DNA from: Camelus ferus | Lineage: Eukaryota | Assembly: GCF_009834535.1 (NCBI RefSeq) | Contig: NC_045697.1 | Location: forward strand, 63,862,001-63,926,000 | Direction of reading: 5' to 3' | DNA length: 64,000 bases | Shown here: one piece after another, positions 13,589 through 26,923 of the stretch | Layout: each line of letters begins with the position of its first letter | Numbering within the stretch: position 1 is the stretch's first letter | The notes under the pieces: model-generated | Told to the model about the DNA's origin: nothing | Seen by the model: only the letters and a program-made list of their open reading frames with translations | The model's database searches: none | Translations under genes and position numbers: made by a program

Positions 13589-14025
13589 TTTTTTTGAAGT
13601 ATAAAATATAATGTTGACATACAACATTGTATCAGTTCATGTACAACATAATGATTTCATATTTGTATATATTGCAAAATGATCACCACAATAAGTCTAG
13701 TTAACATCTCTCACCACACATAGTTACAGAATGCTTTTCTCCTTGTGATGCAAACTTTTAATACTAATCTCTTATCAACTTTCAAATATGCAAACCAGTG
13801 TTATTAACTATAGTCACCATGCTATACATTACATCCCCATGACTTGTTTATTTTTGAACTAGAAATTTGTCTCTTTTGCTATTGAGTTATGAGTTCTTTA
13901 TGTATTTTAGATATTAGTCCCTTATCAGATATATGACTTGCAAATATTTTCTGCCACTCCATAGACTGTTTTTTCATTTTGTTGATGGTTCTCTTTTCTG
14001 TGCAGTAGCTTTTTAGTTTGATGTG
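13589..14025 (-). mobile_element. L1MA9-like 3' end joined to an ORF2 segment (internal deletion near 13878)
   Basis: atgatcaccacaataagtctagttaacatc...ttaactatagtcaccatgct; then ctattgagtt...cccttatcagatatatga. Confidence 0.8.
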
Positions 14026-15329
14026 GTTTAGCATAATTTTTAACGAGGATTTTTTTCTGACTTTTTATTCCAGTGATAGTGAATATTATGTTTTTACAAA
14101 AAAAAAATCAAACTACTCTTAAGATTCAGGGGGTTAGACAAGACCACAGGACAGGATATTTCCAGAGAACCTTAAAGAGGACAGATCTTTGTTCTAAAGA
14201 TGAGGATATCCAGGCAGAAAGTGAAATTAAGCGAAGAATGTAAATAGAATGTTCAAGGAAGATGGGGCTTGGAAAGTAAGTCTGGTTTAGGCTGTGGAGA
14301 GTCCTGGCTAAAAAGTGTATACTTACCATCTGAGAAATTTCATAATTTTTTATTTTACGTTTTTTCTTCTCATCTCTTTCAATAAGCATGTGTGATGTTT
14401 ATGTTGAAGACAAGTACATCTTCAAACTGGGGATTTGGAGACAGCAGGAGCAGGATAGGAAGAACTGAAGTTGCATTTTTTTTTTCCCTCAAAGACAAAA
14501 GTAAAAAGGCCAAAAATGTTCAGCTCACATTGAAAGAGTAGGTTGTAGTATGCATGGTGTGTGTGTGAGAGAGATAGAGAGCAGTGTGAGTGGTGTTTGG
14601 GGATGAGTTTTCAGGTGTGGGTGCAGAGGAAGAGCAAATCTTTCAGTATGTTTATGAAAGTGAGTAAGATTGTTGTATGCGAAGTAAGAGATTTGGATTT
14701 CTGAATTTAATATTTTGGAGAATAAGCAATTGCAGACCATGGCATGGTCCAGGTTACACATATAAGCCTGAAAAACTGACTGAAGGAGGCTCAACAAACT
14801 TTGAAGGAAGGAGTTCAAGATTAGACTGGAGAATAGAATGGCGAATAGAAGGCAAAATCACCTGGGATGAAAGCAGTGGTTGCCAAGGGACTGAAAAGTT
14901 TTGATCATGTGGTAATGTTCTTAACAGAAACAAGTGTCTGAGCATGCCGCAGACCAACAGAGGTATAGGGGGTGGGGGGAAACCTGTACATGAGACTTTA
15001 AAGGAGAATAGGGTATTGGAGAGATGGTGATAAAAATATATTAGAATAAGCAGTTTGTAGGCACAGTAACGTTTCATCTGGAAACTGAGAAATCTTCATG
15101 TGAATTGCATGGATATGAAAAACTGGATAAGTATGGATATATTTAGGAACTTAAAGGATCTCATAAGGCCTAATGGATATTAAGAAGAGAGAATTCCAAT
15201 AGGGGAAAAGCATAACTATGAAATAAATGAATTTGAATGAAAATGGCACAGATGACAGCTAATATGGAATAAATATAAATAAGCGATAAAAGGAAAAGGG
15301 AGAGGGAGTAGTAAGAAGTATTAGAGGGG

Positions 15330-15760
15330 TGTATCGGTCAGATTTCAGTGCAGATACCAGAAACTACTTAAAACAGGGAATTACAAAATTGTTGGATAGA
15401 CCACTAAGTAGAACTGGAAATCAGCAGTCATCTGTCATTGTCCACTGCTGAGAAGCAGTGATCAGGAAGCTGCAGGAAAACACTGCCAGTAATCACAGCT
15501 GCCCAGAGTACCAAGTAACCACCCAGGAGAACATGACCTTGTGTCTTGGAGCCTGTGTCAGCCACCATCCGTGTCAGATCAAGGGTGCCCTTGGCCTCTC
15601 CTGTTCCTTCCCAATTTTATATGCACCCATCTCATCAACAGAGCCTAAAACAAGTCCAGAACTCTAGAGAGATGGAAAATGTAGTTTCCAGGATGCAGGC
15701 CTCTTAGATAAAGGGAGGAACATAGAAAGGGTAGGAATGGAGGCTGATGGACAAGCAAGA
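15330..15760 (-). mobile_element. Ancient ERVL/MaLR-type LTR-like remnant
   Basis: tgtatcggtcag...cagaaactact terminus typical of reversed ERVL LTRs; family not resolved. Confidence 0.4.
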
Positions 15761-16048
15761 TTTATGAAAATCAGAGGTAAAGATCATAGAACAAACCAGA
15801 AATTGCAGTCTTAAATAAAACTTTGGTAACTCTTTTGCTGACAACGGAAGTGCCCAGGCCCAGACAGCTGTGGTAGTTCCAAAACACAGGAACGAATAAA
15901 TGCAAGATCCCAGACAAGCTTAGTTCTCTCAGATGTTACCTGCCTCAACCAGGCCATTGGCAAGTGCTGAGAGAGTGCAGTTTGGAGCTTGTAGTCCTGA
16001 CTCTGATTCTCCAAACCCAGATGGGAAATTCAATCACACATTTTAGCG

Positions 16049-16237
16049 CAGCAGTTCGCCAAGTGTGGTGCCTACACCAGCAACAGCAGTAGCACCTGGG
16101 AACTGGTTAGAAAGGTGACTTCTCAGAATTTAAGCCAGACTTTCTAAATCAGAGACTTTGAAGGGAGGGCCCAGCATTCTGTGTTTTAACAAGCCCTCAT
16201 GGTAATTCTGATACATGCTGAAGTTTGAGAACCACCG
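16049..16237 (+). mobile_element. MER5A (hAT-Charlie MITE), full length
   Basis: cagcagttcgccaagtgtgg...aagtttgagaaccaccg terminal inverted repeats; approximate 8-bp TSD ttttagcg / ttttaggt. Confidence 0.9.
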
Positions 16238-16554
16238 TTTTAGGTAAAAAAAAAACAAAACAAAACAAAACAAAAAACTATAGTTATAGGCTTATATTTA
16301 AGTATTGAAGCTCCGTTCTGCCCTTAAAAGTGAGGCATGCACCTGATTTGGTGAGATTACACCGAATTAAAACATGGTTTTTTCATCATATACTGCATTT
16401 TATAAGTACATACAAATGTCATGTCTGTGGATTTTCTGATTAAGTTGTGTTTTAAGAAGCATCAACAATATCCTTAAAAAAATATTTCTTGACTTCATTT
16501 AAGAAGGGCCCAACTATAATACCTTTCGGTATTCAAAATAGTAACAGTTCATAC

Positions 16555-16720
16555 TACATAGCATTTAGTATGTGCCAAACACTACTGGGAGCCCCATACT
16601 TACACTCATTTAATACTCATCTGTTGGGTAGCAGTCAGTATTAACACCTTTTTAATGGGTAAGAAAATAGAGACCTGTGCAGAGCAGAGGTTTCATGGCT
16701 GTTAGACTCCAGAGCCTTCT
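16555..16720 (-). mobile_element. MIR fragment
   Basis: agcatttagtatgtgccaaacact...ctcatttaatactca. Confidence 0.55.
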
Positions 16721-17431
16721 ATTTCTTCTAAGAAATACAGTACTACAGAGATATGTTCATACTCTATGCATTTTTTAAAATAAATTGATTTTCTTTTACA
16801 TGCGTGTGCTAAATTAAACCATAACTTTCTATAAAAATAACAATAAAAAACTTTAGCATGGACTTTTTCTCCCTGAAAGTTAAGAAAAATAGTTATTAGT
16901 CCTTATAATGTTGCTAAATGGTGTTACTAAGTTAAAATTGGCTTTAACGTCATACTGCATTCAATGACACTTGCTTTAAATGAACCACTTGATATTGTGA
17001 TATCTAATTTCTAGTTGAAGATGCAGTGCTAAGTAGATATTAAAAGAAAAAAAACCATAAAGGAGACAAAAGTTATTACCAACCAAGTTAGGAACTTGAT
17101 AGAAACTAATGGTTTTTCCTTAGCCTAAATTTCACCTTCACTTGAAGTAATGGGCTGTTTTGTTGTCTTAACTTTGGAATAAGATTTTAAGACTCAGAAA
17201 GTCAGTAATCCTTTCAATAGAATTAATGGATCTTTCAGTGTAACTAATTTCAGTGATATCAGTGGGGTCTTTTATAAAATTATTAAAAACAGTATATGAT
17301 CACATATCTAAACTATAACTACTTCAGTTTTATTTTTCTGTTATGTGCTGTGTGAACACCTTTTGATAATGGAAATTTTATAAAAATGGTTTATTTGTAT
17401 GTCTAGTTTTAGTATCTACTCATTATTTTAG

Positions 17432-17461
17432 ATAAATTGCAACTCTGAATGGGACCTGAAG
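17432..17461 (+). pseudogene. Micro-exon remnant INCNSEWDLK
   Basis: attattttag| ... aag|gtacaa; 30 nt. WD aligns with dynein GWDD; W-to-S spacing across the next two exons equals that of recalled DYNC1H1 (21 aa). Confidence 0.55.
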
Positions 17462-17574
17462 GTACAATTTTTTAATGCCAAGGAAATAAAGTAATGTATG
17501 TTCATGGCAGTGAAAATGAAGCTGCCATCAGTTCTGTTAGAGGAATTATGTATAAAACCATTCATTGCTTTCAG

Positions 17575-17597
17575 ACGCTGAGACATCTATGCCTCAG
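17575..17597 (+). pseudogene. Micro-exon remnant TLRHLCL(R)
   Basis: ttgctttcag| ... cag|gtagat; 23 nt, phase 0-2; bridges 17432 and 20205 in frame. Confidence 0.5.
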
Positions 17598-18034
17598 GTA
17601 GATACTAATATAACAGTATTGCTTAAAATATAGTTAATTATTCAAACACACAAAATAAATTACTCACATATTTTTGTAATAATGATTTCTTCCAACCTAT
17701 ATTTAGAAGGGTACTATTAAAATTGATTTTATTTATTATGGAAAATGATAATATTTGTGGGGTATTTCCAAATGATTTTAAATAAGTAATAGTGACAACT
17801 GAAAAAGAAGAGTGAGTAAAGCTGTAAGTGTTAAGCAGTAAAGGTTATTATTGTAAGAAGTGTTTATCACTAAGAGAGCTTTCACAGTTGGACATCATGA
17901 ATGATACATAATAGATTTGGTAAGCTAGGTTAGTATGATGGCTTTCTGGTTGACACCATACCCTAGCCATTATTTAAGATATATTCTAGAATTTTATTTT
18001 TCTCTTTGCTTGTTTGGGTAATTATTTATTTATG

Positions 18035-18492
18035 GTTAGATTTTCAGAAGGGTATTAAAAAGCATATGGTTGCTATTCAATCTCTATCTATTTGTCTACC
18101 TACCTACCTACCTATCTACCTACCCACCTATCTATTGAAATATATCTTAAAGAATTGGAACATGTAGTTATGGAGGCTTAGATGTTCCATGAATTGAAGG
18201 CAGCAAGCTGGAGACCCAGGAGAGCTGTTGGTTTAGTTCCAGTTGAAGTCCAAGTCTGAAGACAGGCAGTCAGAGAGAGTGAATTCTCCCATACTCAGCC
18301 TTTTGCTCTCGTCAGACCTACAGCAGATTGGATGAGGCCCACCTACACTGGGGAGAACAATCTGCTTTACCCAGTTTACGGATTCAAATGTTAATCTCAC
18401 CGGAAGTATCTTCACTAACATAACAAGAATCATGTCAAACCAAATATCTGGCACCCCATGCCCAGTCAAGTTGACATATAAAATTAACCATT
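18035..18492 (-). mobile_element. ERVL LTR (MLT2-type)
   Basis: gattggatgaggcccacc...atctgctttac...ccagtcaagttgacatataaaattaacca. Confidence 0.85.
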
Positions 18493-20204
18493 GTTGTGAC
18501 TATCTGGAAATTGTGAATTAAAGTGAAATTCAAAATTTCATTGAAAGCTGGAACTTTATAGCAAAGCTAGTGAATAAGAGTTTCTTTCAGCATAAGCCAT
18601 GTCAGCACTAGACTGCTTCAATTGTTTTTTTGAAAATGTGTCCAATATATCAGTTAAGAAAAAAGTGAAATAAAATTTAAAATATTTAAACACCAAATGG
18701 TGTGAGAATAGAATAAGAATATACTCTCATAATTTTAATTTATGTGGAAAATTTTTCTCAAGTAAGTTATTTCTTGCAAAATATTCTTGAAAGGAAATGC
18801 AAATTTGGTTTTCCTTCTTTTGTTTTTCCCCTTTTTGTCTTGGGATTTCAAATTAATTCATAAAATACAACTAGTTTAAAAGAGGAAATAACTACAAAAA
18901 TGATCTACAATTTTAATATTATATTCACGTACATTTAAAGGAAAGAAAATTTCAATTGGGTTAATATTTTGTTGAATAGGAATGCCAGATATTGCCTTAA
19001 CCTTTCTAATTCATGTTTGTGATACACTCTCCAACTGTAACTTTGTCAGGCTAACAAACTATCTGGCATAACGTGCGTATATGCACTCCATGAGCCATAT
19101 CCCTTGACTCATCATTTCATACACCCCAGATCATCAAAAATGTCTTATCTTAGCAACCCAATATTGGTTCAAGGACTTAGTAATCTAATTTAATTTGCAC
19201 ATTTTCACACATCACATACTTTCCTTTTCTGTAATGGAGGGCAGCCAGAATTTAATTATATCACAGGGTTCACACCACAGGATATATAGTCTTTTAATTA
19301 GTAGCATATATTGTTTCAGATGTTTACCTAGACACACCATTAACACTATGAACAAATCCCACAGAAGCCCAAAGTGTTACTGGAAGAGTATTTGTTATTT
19401 ATTGTTTTCATTTATAAAAGTACAACTGCCTTCTAAATTATTAGGAGGATATAAAAAGAATTATTTAAATGTCTTCTTACGCTAATACAAAAGTAGAAAA
19501 TACAATTACATGGTGAAATGTGTTTCTTGGGACTTATTTCTCAACTGCAGAAAGCAAGGCAAAATTCTGTCTTTATCTTCCTTCTATAGTAGGTTATTTT
19601 TCTTTGTTTCAGTGAAGTATTATGCATGATTTATCCTTAACTCTATTTGTTTTTACATGTAGACCAAAACTGTCACATTTAAACATTCAATTCATGTTAT
19701 TAAAGGCAAAGAAAAAAAAAAAAAGCCTTGCAGTTGGAGTCCCTAAATATTTCTTTAAATAAAGTAAAGTAAAATGAATATAACAGTAAATGAAATCAAT
19801 TTGAGATGCAAAATAATTGTGGAAAAGTTCAAAAAGCACAATCTGCAATTGTAAGATGGAGACATTTCTTTAATTAAATATGTATTTTTATGTGTCTCAA
19901 CTTGGAGTTAATTGCTAAACATTAAAATAAAAATTATTTGAAAACAATATTACAGAGGAAAGACCAATATTGGGGGCACTGTGTAAAATGTTTCCCAATC
20001 TGTAATGATTAATTTCATAATTTTATACATTTTTGTTCTACTGCTTATTAGTTATTTGAAAGGGACCAATCGAATTGATTATTTTTTTCAGGGAAATAGT
20101 AGAAAAATGTTTACAGAAAACAAAACAAAAAATAAACAATTTTTTATAGAAGCATCTCTTCTAACCTTTCGTATATGATTAATGTGATTTTTTTTTTTTG
20201 ATAG

Positions 20205-20246
20205 AGAAATTTTGACAGCTATCAGTTCCAGTTATTTCTGGATTAG
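20205..20246 (+). pseudogene. Exon remnant EILTAISSSYFWI(R)
   Basis: Branch ctaac at 20161, poly-T, gatag| ... tag|gtagaa; 42 nt. LTAISSSYF resembles dynein VSAMKLSPY. Confidence 0.6.
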
Positions 20247-20920
20247 GTAGAAAAAGATGAAAGTATTGAAACAAAAATTCTCATATTTTTATTTATTTCA
20301 ACTGCTTGGCTCATAGTTGAAGAGTTAAAGAGCTTTACATCTTTGCTCTGGTTTGGTTTGGTTTTCTCAAAAATAGAGTTTTTGGTTTTTTTAATGGAAA
20401 AGTGTTATTGTATGCTGCTTGTTTTGAAGTGTTTGCCTTCATTTAATATAACTTGTTTTTGAAAGCACAAGGAAACTAAATAGCAAATTTATTTCTCAGT
20501 GATTCTTACAAGCCTCAAATTTGTCAGCTTTCCTTTTACTAGCAGATACCATTAATAAAAGCTTCCATTTAAAAATAGAATGGAATAGAATAAATACATT
20601 CATTCTATACCCATGAGTTTATTGTTTAAGAAGCCTACAACTTGGTTCATTCAAACCTGGGAAAAAGAAGAAAACAAGCAAACTAAAATGCTTGTCCCAT
20701 ACCAAAATCTTTGTCTCTTTTTCACTATATTTCAAAATGTTAGAAAAAATATAGTGTTGCTTATTCTCTCAGTGAAGGGTACATTTGCCATTTTGTAAGT
20801 AGCAGAGACAAAATATTCTTGCAACTGTTAAATTAGTTTGGCCGTTAAGTCAAATCTTACAGAACTTTCAGTTAGGAAAATTATTTTTTTTTTATTCATT
20901 TTTTTTCTCTTGTAATCTAG

Positions 20921-20944
20921 GAAATATGTCACACCTTATTAAAG
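20921..20944 (+). pseudogene. Micro-exon remnant EICHTLLK
   Basis: Long pyrimidine tract, ctag| ... aag|gtaaat; 24 nt; protein match weak. Confidence 0.45.
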
Positions 20945-21207
20945 GTAAATATTGGCTGAGATGCCCATGTTATCTAGAAAATATTCAAATCAATTTGTAA
21001 TAGTAATTAGAAGGGACTATAATTGTTCTTGGTTGAAATATTTTAGCACTAAAGATTTTTTGTTAGGTATAATGTTCTATCCAAATTTCACCCCTAAATA
21101 AGCATAACGATAATTTATAACTTTTCAAATGAGTATATTAGAAACTTAATGACTTATGAAGGGATACACTGTTTTATCCATTATATATCAACTATTTATT
21201 TTATTCC

Positions 21208-21422
21208 ATTTCATTCCAGCTTTATTTAGGTAGACTAACAAATAAAATTGCGTGTATTTAGATTATACGTGATTTTTTTAAATACATGATACAATGATGT
21301 AATGTACACATGAATTTTGAAATACAATCAATTTAATACATCTATTATCTCACTTAGCTACCTTTTTTCGTTTGTTTTTTGGTGAGAACATCTAAGATTA
21401 CTCTCTTAGCAAATTTCAAGTT
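21208..21422 (-). mobile_element. L1MA-type 3' end fragment
   Basis: ggtgagaacatctaagattactctcttagcaaatttcaagt. Confidence 0.7.
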
Positions 21423-22211
21423 GTATCAACTCTTAATAAAAATATTTTTGGGTTTTTCTTAGAGTATATCCACATATAACCTCTCTGTGTTGGTACTCTT
21501 TATGAAGAAAAAATTAGGAAACAATACAAGGAGGGAATCTGAACAAATCTAGTAGATAGCTAAGTCTTTGTAACTCTATCTAGTCTCATTTCTTTTTGCT
21601 ACTTCCTTTCCCTTCAGCCACCTTTTTTTATAATGCTTTTTGTTTGACCCCTAAAAGGCAATATTCTAGCCAATAGACCAAAGATTAAATGGTTATTTTT
21701 AACCCATCAGTTTTGTGCTATTAAATTGTAAGCAAGTTGTTAAATTTATTTTTGCTGCAACCGAGTATGCATATACCATTGCTTTGATCTTTCTCAGAGT
21801 ACACAGCTCGCTGAGTAGGTTCTGTGCTGTGGTGAAAGTAACATTGTGTTTAGTGGAACGTGATGGCTTTAGCCTGTAGAGCATAGAAAAGAACAGTCCC
21901 TGCTGAAGGGTAGCTAAGAGAAGGCTTGGATACTTAAATAAAAACCATGAAAAAGTGTTTTGTTTGATAGCATTTGCATTGTAATCATCACAACTTTGTG
22001 TAATACTGTTTTGAACCTTTCAATCCATCAAAATTACAACCCCAAATATTGGCCATTTAGTCCACTTTTAATGGAGCCCAAAAAACATCCCTGACATGTT
22101 TTAGTAGTCTGTCTTTTATACAGCCGTTTAGAGTACACTGTGATCCTACATTTTCCTCATGGTCTGAGGGCTCTGAAATGCTTTCAGCAAACAAAATTCA
22201 GTGCTTCTGAC

Positions 22212-22679
22212 TGTTGACTGAAATATTTTCACACAACATGAGAGTTATGGGTTAAGTTTTATTTGGGCAAAATGAGGTCTATAGCCTGGGAGACAGCATC
22301 CCAGAAAGCTCTGAGAAACTGTTCCAAAGAAGCAGGGGGAAAACTCAGAATTACAAATTATTAGTGAAGAGGGGTACATGTAGTCAAGCACATGTTTAGG
22401 CAGAGGCTGCTGCTAGTCACGAGGAGCAGATATCATCATTAATGATTTTAGTGCTTTTCTAGATATGAGGAGATGCAAGAATTGGGGGCCATAAAATCTT
22501 CTCCTGAAAATATCTAACTATCTGAAGGCCTGTTCAGCCAGTTTTCCCAGAGCACAGAGTGCCTCAGTCCTATTCTCCACCCTGAACTCCTTTCAGGGAA
22601 CGTTGTAGGTCAGTGGCTGCAGTGACTCATGATTTAATACAAGCAGAGGTAGATGGCAAGTGCCAATTTGTAGTTGGCA
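22212..22679 (-). mobile_element. ERV1 solo LTR (MER41-like)
   Basis: TG...CA termini, near-perfect 4-bp TSD tgac/agac, tttatt near the left end. Confidence 0.85.
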
Positions 22680-23863
22680 AGACTGTCCAGCACTCTTCAT
22701 TCGTAGATATTAACCCCCTTCACTGCTAAAGTCTTGGGCTTGAGTGATGATTATCTTTGCCCTAATCTGAGCTCAGTGTACTCCCATTTCCAAAAATGTA
22801 ACCTATTTGGATGGGGAGGCACACACTTGAAAGTGTACGAACACAAAGGGGTTTTATGACACTACACTGAATGTGTCTTGCACAGTTTGTTGTTTACTGG
22901 ACTGTGACCCCTCCATTTAGATTTTGGTGAACCATTTAATCTCATAATGATTGACAAAATATCTCCAAGTAACTGTGCTTACCCTATCCTAAAGGCACAA
23001 AGGGAGAGAGTATCATTCTGGATATTAAATGTTGTAGGATACCTGGAAGTACTTTGGAGGAAATGTTCCAGAAAATAGAAAATAAAGATCCTTACAATTA
23101 GGAGTCAGTAAAAGTACTTTGCCATTACAAAAGACATCAAAGACACAATCCTAGATTGGAGAGATTTGCCAGTATCTTTAGATATTATCTGTAAACGATG
23201 TTGCAGAGGTCTACTGTAAACTCAGGGGATTAGCAGAAAGCGGAAGAGCATTTGCTAATTTGCTATGTCTGGTGTGCCACACATTTTCACAGTGGGTATA
23301 TGCTAAATTTATTTGTTCAGTCATCTCAAGTTCCAAACAATGCATCCCTGCTGTTGCATGAGCACACACTTATTTGAAAGTGTGCATGAACAAAGAGCTT
23401 GAGAATTACTAGCCTAGGGCATTCAGATTGTCATTAGGCTGTTTTACAAGGAATGTTAATCAAACATTGAGTGGAATGGAATAAGGATAATTAGCCAGCA
23501 GTAACATATAGCTTAGGTTCATGACATTAAAAATGCAAGAAAAATATTTTGAAAGCCTAAAGTTGTCTTTAGGATACAGTCAGGTAAATAAATGTATAAA
23601 ACAAAATTTATCAAAATGTTTTTTCTTCTGTCTAGAAATTAATTATTTAAAGCTTACTTTCTGATAAAATGGAAAAACATTAATGAATAACAATTTAGAT
23701 CACTTGAGCCCTGTTAGAACATGGTAAATTCTCTGAGTACTGGCTCAAATCCTATGGAAAGGTAGGCAGCCCAGTTTTTTTAGTACACTTTGTTTAGTGT
23801 TCTTCCCAGATATTACTCTACAGTGTCTTCTCCTTCAGTTTTAGTTTTGTATTTTTTTAATAG

Positions 23864-23977
23864 CAACATCTTTCTCAAATATGACAAATGAAAATTTTTT
23901 AATCTCTTCTATTCTTTTTAGCTGACTGCTCTAGTCTAATTCCACAACTACCTGTCCAGGCTTTGGAGTGCATGTAG
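23864..23977 (+). pseudogene. Exon remnant, dynein linker (...ADCSSLIPQLPVQALECM*)
   Basis: QLPVQ matches the linker DI..QLP.E / LLPVE motif. Acceptor at 23863 (alternative 23921); donor tag|gtatct. Confidence 0.55.
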
Positions 23978-24107
23978 GTATCTGGTTGGCTTGGTACTTC
24001 TTTTCTTTCTCATGGCAAAGCTAATATTGGTAATATATATTTGTTTAAAACAAAACAAACATCAAAAATCTTCAAGGAGACTACTGGTGATTCTGTAGAA
24101 TGCTGTC

Positions 24108-24130
24108 TGTGTGTGTGTGTGTGTGTGTGT
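24108..24130. repeat. (TG)n microsatellite, about 11 units
   Basis: Directly visible. Confidence 0.95.
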
Positions 24131-24587
24131 TCCAGTGGGTTCTTAGACAGTTTTGATTAAATAGAAAGTAAAAAACATACGGTATATATCTTTTTGGTAG
24201 TATATTGATGTTTGCAGAAAATCCTTATCAAAATTTAATGACCCTAAAGGTGGATATTGATTTTCCTTTCTCCTCAGACAATATTTCATTTGTGATATTG
24301 ACTTGCCACAAATGAATGTTTGCTTAAAATACAATGTTACATGTAATAGAGCAATCCTGCACGAAAGGCCCTTGTCCTCTACAAGGAGCAAAGCAGCTCG
24401 TAGCCAGCGATGGAATGTAAAACCAGAGCCAGCCCCTTTCTTCTTTTTCTTTCTCCTTTCTTCCTTCCTTTTTTAATGTTTAGCTTAGAACTTGATTTCT
24501 TTTTTAAATTTTACTTATTTTAGGTATATGGGTTAGAGCTGTTAAGTTTCTTGTCAGTATGAACTTGAATTTGGAACAGGGAGAGGT

Positions 24588-25013
24588 ATGAGTGCACCAG
24601 CTTTGTAGGGCCACCATACAGAGTACCACAGACTGGATGGCTTAACCATTCTGGGGCCAGCAGTTTGAGACCATGGTATAGACAGGACAAGTTCCCTCTG
24701 AAGTCTCTAGGGAAGGATGTATTCCAAGCCTCTGTCCTAACTTCTAATGATTCCTTGTCTTGTGGTAGCATAAGTCTAATCTTTACATGGTAGTGTCCTG
24801 GTGTGCTCGGCTCTCTCCAAATTTCCCTTTTTTGTAAGGACACCAGTCATACCGGATTAAGGGCTCTAACCCATCCTACTCGACTGTGACCTCATTTTAA
24901 CTTAACTAATTACATATTCATCAACCCTATTTCCAAATAAGGCCACATTCAGAGGTACTGGTGATAAGGGCTTCAAAGTATGAATATTGGGGGGAAACAA
25001 TTCAACTCATAAC
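24588..25013 (-). mobile_element. MaLR LTR (MLT1B/C-like)
   Basis: gtaccacagactggatggctta...taaggacaccagtcat...ccctatttccaaataaggccaca...ttcaactcataaca. Confidence 0.85.
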
Positions 25014-25289
25014 AGTTGGTAATCCTTAGTTTTTAACACACATTTTGGATAGTCAATCCCTTTCTTGTTTTATTTTATTGAATTGGTTCTTCTTTGAAAC
25101 ATAATTCAACAGAGGTAGGGTGTTTTGTTGTTTTGTTCTTTTTTTGTTTGTTCTTAGCATGTCCAATATGTGCTAGACTACTTGATGGGTACTAAAATCA
25201 ACTTAGTTGCTACTTTTCAGTGGGTATAATCTAGTGGGAGATACACATATCTTGAGAATGTCAGCTTAAAAAAGATATTTTACTATCAG

Positions 25290-25343
25290 AAAAGGTACAA
25301 AGCAGAATTAAAGTGTAAAGACCTAATGAAATTTTTGACTAAG
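25290..25343 (+). pseudogene. Exon remnant KRYKAELKCKDLMKFLTK
   Basis: ttttactatcag| ... aag|gtagaa; 54 nt, open, phase 0-0. LMKFLTK|SLAFRS aligns without gaps to recalled VMDVLNIQGVQRS. Confidence 0.6.
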
Positions 25344-26224
25344 GTAGAAATTATCGACTTTGTTAAGAGTGTTAGGTGTAACCTTGATGAAAAATCAGAC
25401 ATTTCATAGGGGGAATGTCCTAATTCCACAAGGAAGATACAGAAGCTCCAGATTTGGGACCCTCCCATATCTTTACACTATGGGTCCAAGGATAAAGACC
25501 AACCAAATTTTTCATCATATAATACAGTCTAAGAGTAAACAACTGCCATTTTTAACTAGTCCTACTCTACATCTAGTGTTCTGCACTCTGCTAAACTGAC
25601 CTAAGTCCTTTTAACTACAACATTGGCTTATCTGCTGCCATTTATTATCATTGCCTTAACCACTGTGCTTAACCTGCCCCACTTTGCTTTCTCTCATCAC
25701 TTCCAGCAGGGAGGGTCTTCTCTGTGGTGAACATGGCCATTCGGAGGGGCGTGACCATCTCAAATTCTCTTATTTCTCCTCTGATCTAGCTCACCTCTCC
25801 CTGAATTCCAAGCCTCAATTCTGGTATTAGAGAGCATTGCTTTTTTTGTTCTCTACCAAAATAGAGTTCAATTAGCTAAATGTGCATATTCTTTTGATTC
25901 TATGGACTCATAAACCACCCCCCCTTTTTTTTTAAAGTAGCTGCCACAAGGTGATAGTACTGTCCTGAAATGAAATGCTAATTCATTACCATCTTAGAGG
26001 GAAAACTTAGGAAACAGATCTGTTTATGAGTAACAATTTCTCACTGAACAAACCATTACTTTAATATAGCGATTGCTTCCCTTGCTGTAACTCTTTTACT
26101 TTCACGTAACTACATAATTTTACAAAATTATGAGGTACTTACAGAAGAAGGTTAGATTCAATCTGACATTTATTAAAATCTTGTCTTAAATATGTACCCA
26201 CATGTGACTTTGGTTATTCTCCAG

Positions 26225-26387
26225 TCTCTAGCTTTCAGATCCGTTCTGAAAGCCATTCATAATGCCTATGCTATTCAGAAAAGTGGTCTGAACGCTTAGT
26301 CATCAAGCTTTAAGTTATCTGGAATAGTATTCTACTGCTATTAAAACGGGCTATCAGAATTACAATATCTTTTCTCCTACCAGAGAA
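26225..26387 (+). pseudogene. Exon remnant, dynein linker IQK...FY...EL segment
   Basis: ttattctccag|. RSVLKAIHNAYAIQK vs recalled RSLERLADLLGKIQK (same spacing), then FY and ELQYLFS as in FPRFYF..ELLEILS; two stops; donor uncertain. Confidence 0.65.
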
Positions 26388-26738
26388 GTGCTAGAAATTT
26401 TTTTGTTGTTGCTAAATGAAGATATTTTAAAACAGTTACTTTTTTCCCTAACAATGAACCATATTAGGGCAATATTTTCTACAACAGCAGCAGCAAAAAT
26501 ATCAACAAAAAGGTCATTTTATTTATTTCATTCTTTCATTAAACATGTTTATTGAAGGGAAAATAAAAATACAACCCATTCCTGAACATCTGTTGTTCTT
26601 ACCATGCTCTACTTTTTCTTTTTTTTCACATAGCATATCAACTTATAATAAGCATACAGTAGTTGCTTAAAAAAAAAAGATTATAATGTAGTATATGCTA
26701 TGGTTATTGTATGAGATCAAATGGATGTGTCTTGTTAG

Positions 26739-26923
26739 GTATGCATACTCAACTTTTAGAACCAACAACAGAAGATATCATAAATAATGAGAATAACAGG
26801 GTAATTGCTGTGGGGTTTCGTACGAATAGCTACATGCAAAAAGACAGTCTTCATATTAGGAAAAAAATCTTTATCTGTGTTAAGTTTTCTTGCTATAATT
26901 AAACACAATCATGCCTAATTAAG
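26739..26923 (+). pseudogene. Exon remnant MHTQLLEPTTEDIINNENNRVIAV...
   Basis: tcttgttag|; overlaps ORF 26711-26902. H..........IINNENNRV vs recalled DYNC1H1 H..........IILNEDNSV; donor decayed or GC. Confidence 0.7.

Noticed and set aside
23573..23723. Tiny AG/GT segments at 23573-23583 and 23699-23723
   Set aside because: Too short and no convincing dynein match; such motifs are common by chance.
26231..26253. 9-bp stem gctttcaga/tctgaaagc
   Set aside because: Short enough to occur by chance in 64 kb.
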